From Octopus sinensis (Eukaryota), in the NCBI RefSeq assembly GCF_006345805.1, contig NC_042998.1, positions 161,820,001 through 161,884,000 on the forward strand: DNA of 64,000 nt, read 5' to 3'. The notes beneath the pieces were generated by a model that had not been told where the DNA came from, ran no database searches, and saw nothing but the letters and a program-made list of their open reading frames with translations. Shown here in pieces: positions 53,040 through 64,000 of this stretch; position 1 is the stretch's first letter; each line of letters begins with the position of its first letter. Position numbers and translations under genes: made by a program.

Positions 53040-53127
53040 ATGCAGTATGACTGTTTCAAGTGGCTCCATTTAATTGAATAATGTAATCATTACATCAATT
53101 TAAATGCAGGGATATCCTCAGCTGCAT
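53040..53127 (-). ncRNA. Type-I hammerhead-like motif with long stem II, within a PLE-like repeat (~52915-53170)
   Basis: AUGCAG-CUGAGGA-[catttaaattga tgtaat g attaca ..tcaattaaatg]-GAAAC-aguca-UA-CUGCAU; perfect 6-bp stem I. Confidence 0.6.
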
Positions 53128-53264
53128 AAATAAATAGAATTTTTAATCAGTTGGATACATTAATATAATTTTACACAAATTCTCTAATAGGGCAAGAAGA
53201 GGGAGGTAGTCCATGTTGCTACTAATGTAGCTCAGAATTTAAGTGCTCAAGGCCTCTATGGGTC

Positions 53265-53750
53265 CTAATCCAAGCTTGGCCTTCTGAGTATCTTTTCCAA
53301 TCTCTTGGATACCACTCAGCAACTGTGAGGGTCCACCTGTTGTCAGCAAACTTTGTGCCATGTTTAGCCCTACAAAATTTATGTTTTCAGTAGTCTATGA
53401 TCACATCACTCACTCCGCTCTATTCTTGAGTTATTTCATTTTGGATATGCTCTTACAATGATATTCCTAGCATACACGTCTCCATAACCTTTTGTAACCT
53501 GTTGTAGCCAGTTCATGTTCTTCTCTCTTCATGGTAGACTATGACTCATTTGCATATAAGAGTGCAGGTAAGACGGTGCTATTGAAGATTCTGGTGCATA
53601 TGGTATTGTTCAATTTTGCTTTATGCACATCCTTTATTGAGGTACATACCTTCCATCCTAGCCTTATTCTCTTTGAGATTTCAGCATCCATGTCTCAGTT
53701 CACATTCACTATGTGCTCTTAGGAGACACACTCCTTTACTTCCTTGATGT
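53265..53750 (-). mobile_element. RTE-1-like LINE fragment
   Basis: DAEISKRIRLGWK...IFNSTVLPALLYANES...MLGISL*EHIQNE...FADNRWT..VAEWYPRD. Confidence 0.85.
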
Positions 53751-53757
53751 CAGTGGT

Positions 53758-53788
<31 letters not shown>

Positions 53789-55175
53789 GTATATCGAATT
53801 CCTACAATTATCTATCTCTCTATCTCTATATCTGTTTATGTATCAATGAATTAATATATTGATCCAGTTGTCCATTCATAAATCTTAGTCTTATATTTTA
53901 TATATTTTCTTTTCATTATTTCATTCCCCTCTGTGTTTTTTCTTTATCTTTAACGTATTTTTTCTTGTTCATTTCTTAGTTTCTGTATCTCATTCTTTTT
54001 TTGCTGTCTTTTATTTCCTCATATATTTTTGTACTTTTTTTTGTCTTTAATTCTTCTACCAAAGATTTGGTGACATAGTCTACAATGCCTGGAGGCTATG
54101 TACTGATACTGCCTGTATGTGAAGGGATGCTATGTAAAGTTAATCTGAGATTGTATAAAACAGAAATCTGATAAAGCTTATAAAATGAAAATCAAAGAAG
54201 TTGTTAAAAGATATAGCTACTTCTATAATGTATTAAATAGATGAAAATATTAGGAGCAAATCAAAAGAAAATGTCAGCTAGTTCAATTACTATTTCATTG
54301 ACCTTTTGTGTCTGAATGGAAAGATTCGGTTTTAATTAGTCTCCAAATATTAAAATTAGTTATGTATAACAATGTTATACTGATACTGTGCTGGAATATA
54401 ATGCGGGAATACAATAATACCATAATTTAATTATTTTTAATCACAGATGTATTCTCTGTAGGGTCATCAGAGTACAATCAGATTTCATCTTTTTGAAAAG
54501 TTTTAGCAGAATGCATTCTTATATCATTTCGTGTCATTGTCGACTGACCTTTCAGATTCTGCCTGAGGTAATGGACAAATATCAAATGCATCAGTTATTA
54601 TCTACTTTTAGGATGGATATCATTCATTCTTGTAGAAATTTTTTTTGCATTTGTAGTCATGTTGGTGACAAAAGGAATGTGACATGGTAATTTGATGTCT
54701 TTGAGCAAGACAGGGGACTTGTTTCAATCAACCTTCATGGAAAGCAAACAATGAACCTATGAATTAGTAATTAGTTTTTAGGACTGCTGTTTCTGTTCAT
54801 TTTGTGTGTCTGTGTGTGTGTATGCACGTATGTGTGTGTGCATGTGTTTATATTCTTATGTTGTATAGAGTGAGCTTAGCATTAATCTTTTAAAATTTGT
54901 CTCACAACCAGCAATCCTTTGCTGCTCATTAAATTCCTTTTGCTCTGTCTTATACATGTGCACACCCACACAAAGAGATGGATAGATAGATAGATAGATA
55001 TAGAGAGAGTGACACATTCATACATATATACATATGAATCTATAAGTGTAAATATGTATATATATATATATATGCCTATATATGTGTGTATGCATGTGTA
55101 AATTATTGATTTTGTAAATCATATGTATGTAATGTATGTATGCATTTATGGGTGCCTGTATCCATGTATGAATGC

Positions 55176-55303
<128 letters not shown>

Positions 55304-56523
55304 GAGAGATTCTGTCTGTTTGTCCCACAACACATAGTTAAGACACTATCTCATTTATAAGCGTGGGTGTTTTGTCCACTTTCACACTTTAACTATGGTG
55401 ATGATAATGATAATGATGGTGTGACCAGAGCTAAAGTACCAACATTTTCAAAGAATCAACACCTTTCAATCTCTCAACCCACCCCTCTCTCTTTCTCTCA
55501 CTCTCTAATGACTGCCACAAGTAAAAATGAAAAAAACATTCTGGGGTCAATACGTCCAACTAGAAAATCTTCAAGGCAGTGCCCCAGCACGACCACAATC
55601 TAACTACTGAAACAAGTAAGAGGTGAAAAGAAAGAGAAGATAAAAGAAAATTACAAGAGTGGGTGTTTTGTCCACTTTTAAGAAATGGTGTCCCTATTTT
55701 TTATCTGTCTGTCACTCTCTTTTTCTCTAAAAGAACACACACACACACACATATCTGTATTCATTCTTGTTTCAGATATACCTATTTTTCTAACTTCTCC
55801 GTTCAGATATAAACATACAAATTAATTTCACATTATCAAAGACAATCTGACAGTGAAGACATATATGCACACAGACACAAATTCATAGTGAAATAAAAAT
55901 CATCGACACATCAACAAAAAGACAACCACACAATGCCTTGTCCTACATTCCTGCAATATAGTGTTGGAATTTCAGTAAAAACACTGACATCATTCAGCAT
56001 TTGTAAATTCATTTCACTACAACTTACTGATATTCCTTATCAAAAACATTTCTCATTCCCTTAAGCTACTCTTCTATATGATATACCTATTTTCCTTGCA
56101 TTACTGTAACATAGTGTCTGAATTTCATTTCACTATTACTTACTGATATTTAATCATGAAAAAATGTCTCATAAAAAAAAGACCGTCACAGAAGGAACAC
56201 CCAACAAATGTATGACATGCATCAGAAAACAACGATGAGACACACGCACAGCTTGCAGATCAGTAGCAGAGAAAGAAAGCTCGATGTGTATCTGAAACTG
56301 AACATCAAGAAAATGCTAGATAAATAAAATAACACATAGAACTCACTTATTATTGTCATATCATAAACAAACACAAGTTCATGTGTGATATTGATCTTCT
56401 TTCTGCTTCAATTATTACATGGTTTTCTCTTCTTAAAAATGTACACATACAGCAGGAGTAAATTATACATATAATAATACATTCAATGTGGCTCCCAATA
56501 AACAGTAAAAGTAATTACCCAAT

Positions 56524-58730
56524 TGTGAAGTTATGAGCCAGGCTGTGTTGTAGGGAAGGATCAGAAGTGAGGGAGTGCACATGTCCTGTCAGAAGTGGGG
56601 GTTGTGGGCCCCACCGGAAGGGCTGCAGTGGGCATGTGGGGTTGGTGAGGTGCAAGTGGTCAGCTGGCAGTGGACAGCATATGAGAGCAGACCTGTTAGA
56701 TGGTATAGTGGCAGACAGAGCACGTAGACGTTGTGAGCGACCTCTTCCATATAGAAAGATGGTACAGCAGCAGATAGAGCATGTGGACGTTGTGAGCGAC
56801 CCTTCTAGATAGACAGGTAAGACTACCATAATGCTCTCTCTGCTTCTGTCTTTTCCTTCTTCACATCACAAGCTATTTCAGCTCAAAAAAAAAAAAAATT
56901 AAGGGTATGGTCTGGGTTTTGAACAAGACAGTTAGGTCATTTTGCGGCAAGGGAGATGTCGCCACTTAGTTGACAAAAATTAAGTTGATGGCAAGACTCC
57001 ACGGTATAGATGACCTAGCGAGTTTCATACCATTGTACCTTAATGGATCGGCATTAGCACTATACTTGGAAATGGAGAAGGACCAGTTAAGTGCAGAAAA
57101 AATAGAAGTCCAGCTGATGGAGGCTTCTATAGAAGGGCCATTCATGGCATATGGTCGATGGGGAATGCAAAGTGGATGGGTGAATGAGTCGATGTGTTTG
57201 CCAACAAAATCAGGAGGTTGGCCAAACTTGCAGGATACAAAGACAAGGCACTGGAAGAAACAGTTAAATTAGCATTAGAATTTCCTGACCACATGTTGGT
57301 CGAACTGCAAAAGCTGCCGAATATTCACTCCATGGTGATGGGAGAGCTAACATCTCGGGCCAAAATCCTCGCGTCATGTTGCAGGACAATACTGCTAGCA
57401 GTGACTGCAATAATGAGGAGTCAACAAAGAGTGGCAGAGAGGGGTTGAACAAGGAACGTGTACAACCCTTCAAAGGGCAGTGTTTTCAGTGTCAGGGTTT
57501 ACACCTGGTGAGAGACTGCAAGGAACCCAAGCCTGGAGTAATTTACTATCGATGCAGACAAACAGGTCACATCACTAGTGAATGCATTCAGGTAAATGGT
57601 TTAAGGGAGACCACTGTGCCGGTAGTCATCCCATCGAAAGAACAGAGGCACGTATACAGTCATTGCCAGTAGTGGACATCGTGGTGGAAGGAAAAGTATC
57701 ATGAGCCCTCATAGACACGGGCTGCTCAACAACCCTAATGACTCCAGAGATGGTAGAAGAATGGAGTGGAGGGAGTAGTGTAAGGGCTGTTGATGGTACG
57801 GAAGTTGAATGCAGAGGGAGTAGCGATGTGGAGATGGTGGTACGAGGAACAGGATTGGAGTTGCATGCAATCGTGATCAACTGTGTGGTGGACAGAACTG
57901 ATGTAGGATGGATGCTGAAGGAGTGAGGTAGAGTGACAAAGTGGGTGAGAAGACAACTGCCATGATGCAAGAAGTCTTGGAGAGAGTGACTGCAGAGGAC
58001 CCAGTAAGAAGAAACTGGTATGTGCCCAAATTGAAGAATGGGATCATGTAGTGTGATGCTAGCAGCATACCAAAGAGAGTTGTCCTGCAAATTAGAGGTA
58101 TCGTCATGGAGGATGTGGCCTGGCACAGGAAGGAGGATGACTGCAACCACATCAACGTAGCTGTGTACTATCAAGGTGGGCTGTGTACTATCAAGGTGGG
58201 CTGTGTACTATCAAGGTGGGCTGTGTACTATCAAGATCCAGACTAATTTGGCCACTGTACTTAGATGGGTCGGATCAGTGTTCACTGGCAAGTGAAGGGT
58301 GCAAGCCAAAGGGGGCACAGAGATGCTGATAAGATGCTGTTTGGGAATTCTGGGTGAGCTAGCTGTTGAATTTGACCTAAATTTGAGTGTGATGTTTGTG
58401 CCCTCTGAAAGGAACAGAGCGGATGTCCTAACCAGAGTAAAGAAAGCCTGGTTGCAGGAGTGACTGCAGTGTGTCGACTGAGTGACTCAGAGCTGAGGAG
58501 ACTGCATACCATGCATAACATGGGGATGGACAGGACCCTGTTCCAAGCCAGGAAAGTTGACTCTGACGTGACCAGGGAGAGTGTACAGAGAGTAGTTGGG
58601 AGCTGCAACAGGTGCCAGTCCATTGACCCCGCTCTGGGTGTGCATGAGGTAGGAAGCATTCTAGTGGAACACAACTGGAAATGACTGGCAATGGATGTAA
58701 TGCATTACCAGCAGGAGACATACCTCTCAA
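56524..58730 (+). mobile_element. Truncated, decayed Gypsy-like LTR retrotransposon (5' LTR ~56524-56870; gag-protease-[RT deleted]-RNaseH-integrase N-terminus)
   Basis: TGTGA...TCACA LTR termini; zinc knuckles CFQCQGLHLVRDC and YRCRQTGHITSEC; protease ALIDTGCSTT; RNase H CDASS/HINVA; integrase H..HNMG...CNRCQSIDPA...W..LAMDV. Confidence 0.9.
58161..58235 (+). repeat. Perfect 20-bp tandem repeat x3.75
   Basis: ctgtgtactatcaaggtggg. Confidence 0.97.
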
Positions 58731-58789
58731 AAGAGATATTCTGACTATTTGTCCCGCAAACTGAAGCTAAAACCAGTCACTATCTCTAT

Positions 58790-59468
58790 GATTTTCTTTC
58801 TTCCCTGTTTGTCTATTTTCCCTCTCTTTCTTTCTCTCTTTTCCTTTCTCCCTTTCTCTCTCTCTCTTTCTCTCCTCCTTCTTCTCTCTTCGTCTCTCTT
58901 TCTTTCGTTCTCTCTCTCTTTCCCTCACTAAAGGAACACACACACACACACGTGCGTCAAACATTATACTGAAGTAAGAATAAAGCACACACACATACAT
59001 GTATATATATTCATATTTCAGTTATTTAATACCATGAGTACCCTCTCTTTTTTCTCTCTTTATCTCTCTTTCTGTCTGCCTGTCTGTCTCTTTCTGTATC
59101 TCTATCTCTCTTTCTCTCTATCTGTCTATTTTCCTTCTCTTTCTATTTCTTTCTCTCTCTCTTCCTTTCTCCCTTTCTTTCTCTCTTTCTTTCTCTCTCT
59201 CTCCTTCTTTCTCTTTCTTTCTTCCTTTCTTTCTCTCTCTTTTTTCTCTCCTTTCTGTCTCTCCTTTTTATCTCTCCTTTCTATCTATTCTTCTCCTTTC
59301 TCTTTTTGTTTCTCTTTCTTTCTTTCTTTCTCTCTATGTCTTCTCCTTCCAGCATCTATTGCTCTCTCTTCCTGTCTCTCTTTGTCTCCCTCTCTCCTTT
59401 CATCATCTTTCGCTCTCCCTCTTCCTGTCTCTCTCTCCTTCTGTCTCTCTCTTTCTCTCACTGTCTCT
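58790..59468. repeat. CT-rich low-complexity tract
   Basis: Polypyrimidine on the + strand. Confidence 0.9.
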
Positions 59469-61278
59469 TATTATTATCATGTAATAAACAAACAGAACTT
59501 CATATATAAAAATGATCTGTTTCCTACTTCAATTATTACATATTTTTCTCTTATAAAAATATTATATCATTGCCATTACTACAGATAAATAAAATAACAC
59601 ATATAACTCACTTATTATTTTCATATCATAAACAAATACAAGTTCAATTATTACCTGGTTTTCTCTTCTAAAAATACACACATACAGGAGTAAATTATAC
59701 ATATAATAATGCTTTCAATGTGGCTCCTGATAAACAGTAAAAGTAATTATTGCCTGATCAATGACGGGTTTTACTGCTAGTATGTGTGTATATATATATA
59801 TATAAGTTTTAGAAACAGTATCCAAAACTGGCTACTATAACAAACATGCTCTGCACAACAAGATATGAATTCAGTTTAACTTCAAATGGAAACATTTTGT
59901 ATCACCTAGGAATATTTAATTTCTCTTTGAAGTAAAATAACATTTTATTTTTTTGTATGCTATGAATAAAGGTCATTTAAAAATATGTGAACACTGTTAA
60001 AAATATTATATTGAGTGAAAAACTGACCAAGCAAGAGCATTCTCTACTGTAGCATTGTCTTGTGGAAAGAGTATTGTCTATAAAAAGGATTAGTAATGAT
60101 TGAGTGCTCTTGATATTAAACTAGGTTGGCAATTGACATTCATAGCTAAACTGAAGACACATAATTGGAAACATTCCATGATTTTTTAAACTGAACTTTT
60201 CTTTTGCATTTTACTTACATTTCAATGTGTTCTTTACATTTCATTACTTACACATTTAATTTGTCAGCCATTTTATTTCATACCTATGCTATACTTATTC
60301 TACTTGATATTCAATTCTATATTATCTTAATTTCATTTTAACAACTTTTTTGCTGATCTTCAATTTGTTTTTCCTTACTACAGCTTTATTTGTATCATTC
60401 TTTTATATTTCATCCCATCGTCTTTACTTCAGATTTATCAGCAGTTACCTGCTTCCTCTACTATTTTCCCATATTTATATCATTGCTGAAATAGAAGTTA
60501 ACTCTCCCTCAAATCGCACATTATACCTTACAGAATACTGGTTTCAAATTTTTGCACAGAGCAGGTAATTTTGGGGCTGATGTGACACTAAAGAACAGAA
60601 AGAAATATATATCCCTCTCTCTCTCTCTCTCTTTCTCTAACTAAACCTCAGCCCCTCAATCTTTTTTGACTGATAGATGGTCATGTTAGTTGTCGTCTAG
60701 TAATACTGTCACCAAGTTATACTGTTACCCAGTTGTCTTATTGCTTAGCTTCCCTTGAACCCCCACACATACATTATCCAAAGACCATGATTTACATAAT
60801 GAAAGACAGCTAGTAGTTTCTCTTTTGCTGCTTCAAAAGTCTGTTTCAGAATAAAAAGAATTAACAAGATGAATATTCATGACAAATCACTATATCTTAT
60901 ATTAAGATATTACAAAATTTCCTAGCAAAATGTAAAGTGTGAGCTTCAAAGTATGAATTAACATGAATAATTATATCACAATTCAGAAATAATTTAGAAA
61001 TTATATTTATGCTTCATTAGCATATTGATAAAAAAAATGAAAAATAAAAAAGAAAGAAAAACTGAAAAATGAAGTTCACATTTCGTTTAGTAGTTCAATT
61101 CATTATTCCTTAAGCTGAACAGAGATGAGTCAATAGTGTAGAAGAAAATAAGGAAAAAAGAAACAAAAATGAAAAGAAGCTTTTTATTTAAATTCCCCAC
61201 AATTCTCAATGGGCAGTATTTTTTAGTATCAATACTGAAGTCTAAAGGAATGCTAGCTTTGTTGCTTGTTGGACTTAC

Positions 61279-61298
61279 CCACTGATACTATCTTTGCA
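61279..61298 (-). CDS. Candidate 20-nt micro-exon
   Basis: cttttggttctttaattccaattacag|TGCAAAGATAGTATCAGTGG|gtaagt. Confidence 0.2.
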
Positions 61299-61723
61299 CT
61301 GTAATTGGAATTAAAGAACCAAAAGGCATTCTGGTAATCCTTTGGGTGTTGCAGCTTCTATGTTGTTTTTTATCTTATTCAAGCAGTGCATGAGATAAGA
61401 ATTCTTTTGGTAATTTCAGATTTCATCAATTCTCACCTAAATACCAACTTCAGCTGTCATCTAAAATGTAAACAAATAAATCAGCAGTGATAAACAAAAT
61501 AGACTTATTCCTGCAGCATTTTTTAAGCACGGTTCTTTTAAAACGACAGCTTTAAATATTATAAAACTGAACATTTTATAATTTTGGTTTAAAGAATTTT
61601 AATATGTATGCTGGTGTTACTCCTTCTTCATTCAACTGTTTACAGAGTTAATGGGAAATGGCTTATTGTTAATCTACAAGGTTGCAGTTTTCCAGCTTGA
61701 TGCTTAATCAATCATATTGCAGG

Positions 61724-61784
61724 TGAGTATTGATTAGAAATGACATAACTAAATAACAGTTATGTCATTGCTAATCAATACTCA
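61724..61784. repeat. Hairpin with 27-bp arms and 7-nt loop
   Basis: tgagtattgattagaaatgacataact / agttatgtcattgctaatcaatactca; 1 mismatch. Confidence 0.93.
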
Positions 61785-62319
61785 ATATCAAATATTTTTG
61801 ACCCAGCATTCACACTGTTACCTACATTGACAAGATATAACGAGAAAGGTAATTATTTGGATCATCAACATCATTACCACTAGCATTGTCCTCATCACCA
61901 TCATGATCATTATGATCATCTCCACCCACCACCACCACCATCATACCCCCAACAGCAGCAGCTAAAGCATCTTCTGTACTGTCATGACTCGGCATAAATA
62001 CTCAACCTTATCTAAACTAGTCATTTTGTTGGTTCACAGCAATTTCTAAACATTCTTCCTTTCTCATTCCTGGTTTGCATTGGTTTAATTCTGTGTTAAC
62101 TGCGATCTTCTTCTCAGTTATTTGTTGATTTTATAATTATATCAACCAATTTCATTTGTCTATTTACTTATTTAAAAATATTTATTTGTTTAATTATTTT
62201 TTTGCTTCTGCCTTCTCAAAAACAAAGTTTCAGTCACACCACTATCTTAAATTCACATTAGATATTTTCTCAATATCATTCACATTCATTCTTTACTTCT
62301 TTTATTAAAATGTTGACAG

Positions 62320-62712
62320 AGGCACAGGCATAGCTGTGTGGTAAGAAGCTTGCTTCCCAACAACATGGTTCCAGATTCAGTCCCATTGCAAGACACCTTG
62401 GGCAAGTGTCTTTATAGCCTCAGACCAACCAAAGCCTTGTGGTTGGTTTTGGTAGACAGAAACTGAAAGAAGCCTATCATATATATAAATGTATTTATGT
62501 GTGTTTTTGTGTCTGTGTTTTTCCCCTTACCATCGCTTGACAAGTGCATTTATGTCCATGTAACTTAGCAGTTCAGCAAAAGGGCCCAATAGAATAAGTA
62601 CTCAGCCTACAAAGAATAAGTCCTGGAGTCGATTTTTTCAACTAAAAAAACCCTTTAAGGCTGTACTCCAGCATGGCCATAGTCAAATGACTGAAAAAAG
62701 TAAAAGAATGAA
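62320..62712 (+). mobile_element. SINE family A
   Basis: Full copy. Confidence 0.9.
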
Positions 62713-63047
62713 AGAAAATACTTGGGAGAACATTATTTTCATTGCAAGTGGAAGATTCCAAAAGATCCTAGTTGAATATTTCATGATTTTCTATTCATTC
62801 GTCTGTAATTAAAAGAATTTTACTGTTTACCATGAAGTAATTAGAAGACAATGAATTAGGAAAGACGTGTAAATCATCATACCTGAAAACCTATAAGTAG
62901 GCAAACTCTATATAATGAAAACTGGTTTGCTTATCTTTGTAAAGAAAAATATTTTTTCTCGTTTTTTTAAAGAAACAGATCATCACACATTCTTTCTGAC
63001 TTTGATATTAATTTCTCCTCTGAGTTGTCACCCAGACAGAATACTGA

Positions 63048-63262
63048 TTTCAAATTTTGGCACCAGGCCAGTAATTTCAGAGAATGGGGTAAGTCAATTA
63101 CATTGACTCCAGTGATTGACTGGTAATTATTTTATTGACCTCCCCACCCCAAAGAATGAAAGGCAAAGTCAACTTGGCAGAATTTGAACTCAAAACGTAA
63201 AGATAACTGAAATGCTGCTAAGCATTTTGCCCATGAGCTAACAATTCGGCCAGCTCACTTCC
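63048..63262 (-). mobile_element. SINE family B
   Basis: Reverse complement of 45351-45562. Confidence 0.88.
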
Positions 63263-63319
63263 TTCCCCAGACATAATATTCAAAGACAATGTAATTAGTT
63301 ATACATACATACATACATT

Positions 63320-63816
63320 GTGACCCCCTTCGGTCATGAATGACCATGAGATTGCACCTAGAAAGTTACCCTCTGAGGCACTAGTCTGGCAAGGGTGTTT
63401 ATGGAAGACCAGCAGTCACCCATGCATACCGGCCTCCCCTCTCCACACCACCAAGGGAAAGGCAAAGGCTGATACAGCTTGGCACTACTGATACCCCAGC
63501 TCATTTATTAACGTGCAAGTGGAAGAGCACTCTACAGACACGTGTACCCTTAACGTAGTTCTCGAGGAGATTCAGCATGACACAGTGTGTGACAATACTG
63601 GCCCTTTAAAATACGGGTACAACAGAAACAGGAAGAAAAAGTGAGAGAAAGTTGTGGTGAAAGAGTACAACAGGGTTCACCACCACCCCCTGCCGGAGCC
63701 TCGTGGAGCTTTAGGTGTTTTCACTCAATAAACACTCACAATGCCCTGTCTGGGAATCAAAACCGTGATCCTACGACTGCGAGTCCACTGCCCAAACCAC
63801 TGGACCATTGCGCCTC
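63320..63816 (-). mobile_element. Composite SINE: D head, shared body and C tail, in (CATA)n
   Basis: 63620-63816 matches 52592-52780; 63510-63610 matches 50620-50705; 63325-63505 matches 30885-31075. Confidence 0.85.
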
Positions 63817-64000
63817 CATACATACATACATAAGTAAGTAAGTAAAAGAAATAGTGAATTGCAATGGACCAGCAATCTATCCAAAGAGAGATTTGTGTGA
63901 GCTTCTTAATCAAAAAAAAAAAGAAAAAAAAAGAAAACAAAAATATTCACTTCAATGTAGCTCAAAGTTGTTAGAAGGATTAACAATAAGGAATGTTCCC

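Noticed and set aside
58161-58235. CRISPR-like repeat array
   Set aside because: Head-to-tail units without spacers, eukaryotic context and no cas genes.
56318-59749. Flanking direct repeats as the Gypsy LTR pair
   Set aside because: They lack TG..CA ends, and a separate TGTGA..TCACA segment directly precedes gag.

Overview
AT-rich eukaryotic DNA, very probably from an octopus. That call rests on my recognition of the SINE/LINE families and the (TA)n, (CATA)n, (AAT)n and (GA)n microsatellite load, not on a search. Almost all ORF-track entries are microsatellite or transposon artefacts. The window is a graveyard of mobile elements: at least four modular tRNA-headed SINE families (more than 20 copies), RTE, CR1/Jockey-like, Tx1/L1-like and R4/Dong-like LINE fragments, two decayed mariners and a truncated Gypsy LTR element. 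The most unusual signal is a set of Penelope-like (PLE) remnants. Several carry degenerate type-I hammerhead-ribozyme motifs (CUGANGA / stem II / GAAAC / NUH), and some are arranged as outward-facing inverted repeats beside (TA)n. One family joins a tRNA-derived Pol III head to a hammerhead tail. There are also many fold-back palindromes from about 50 bp to 2.5 kb. A minus-strand host gene made of a few short exons is possible but unproven. Boundaries of old repeats are approximate.
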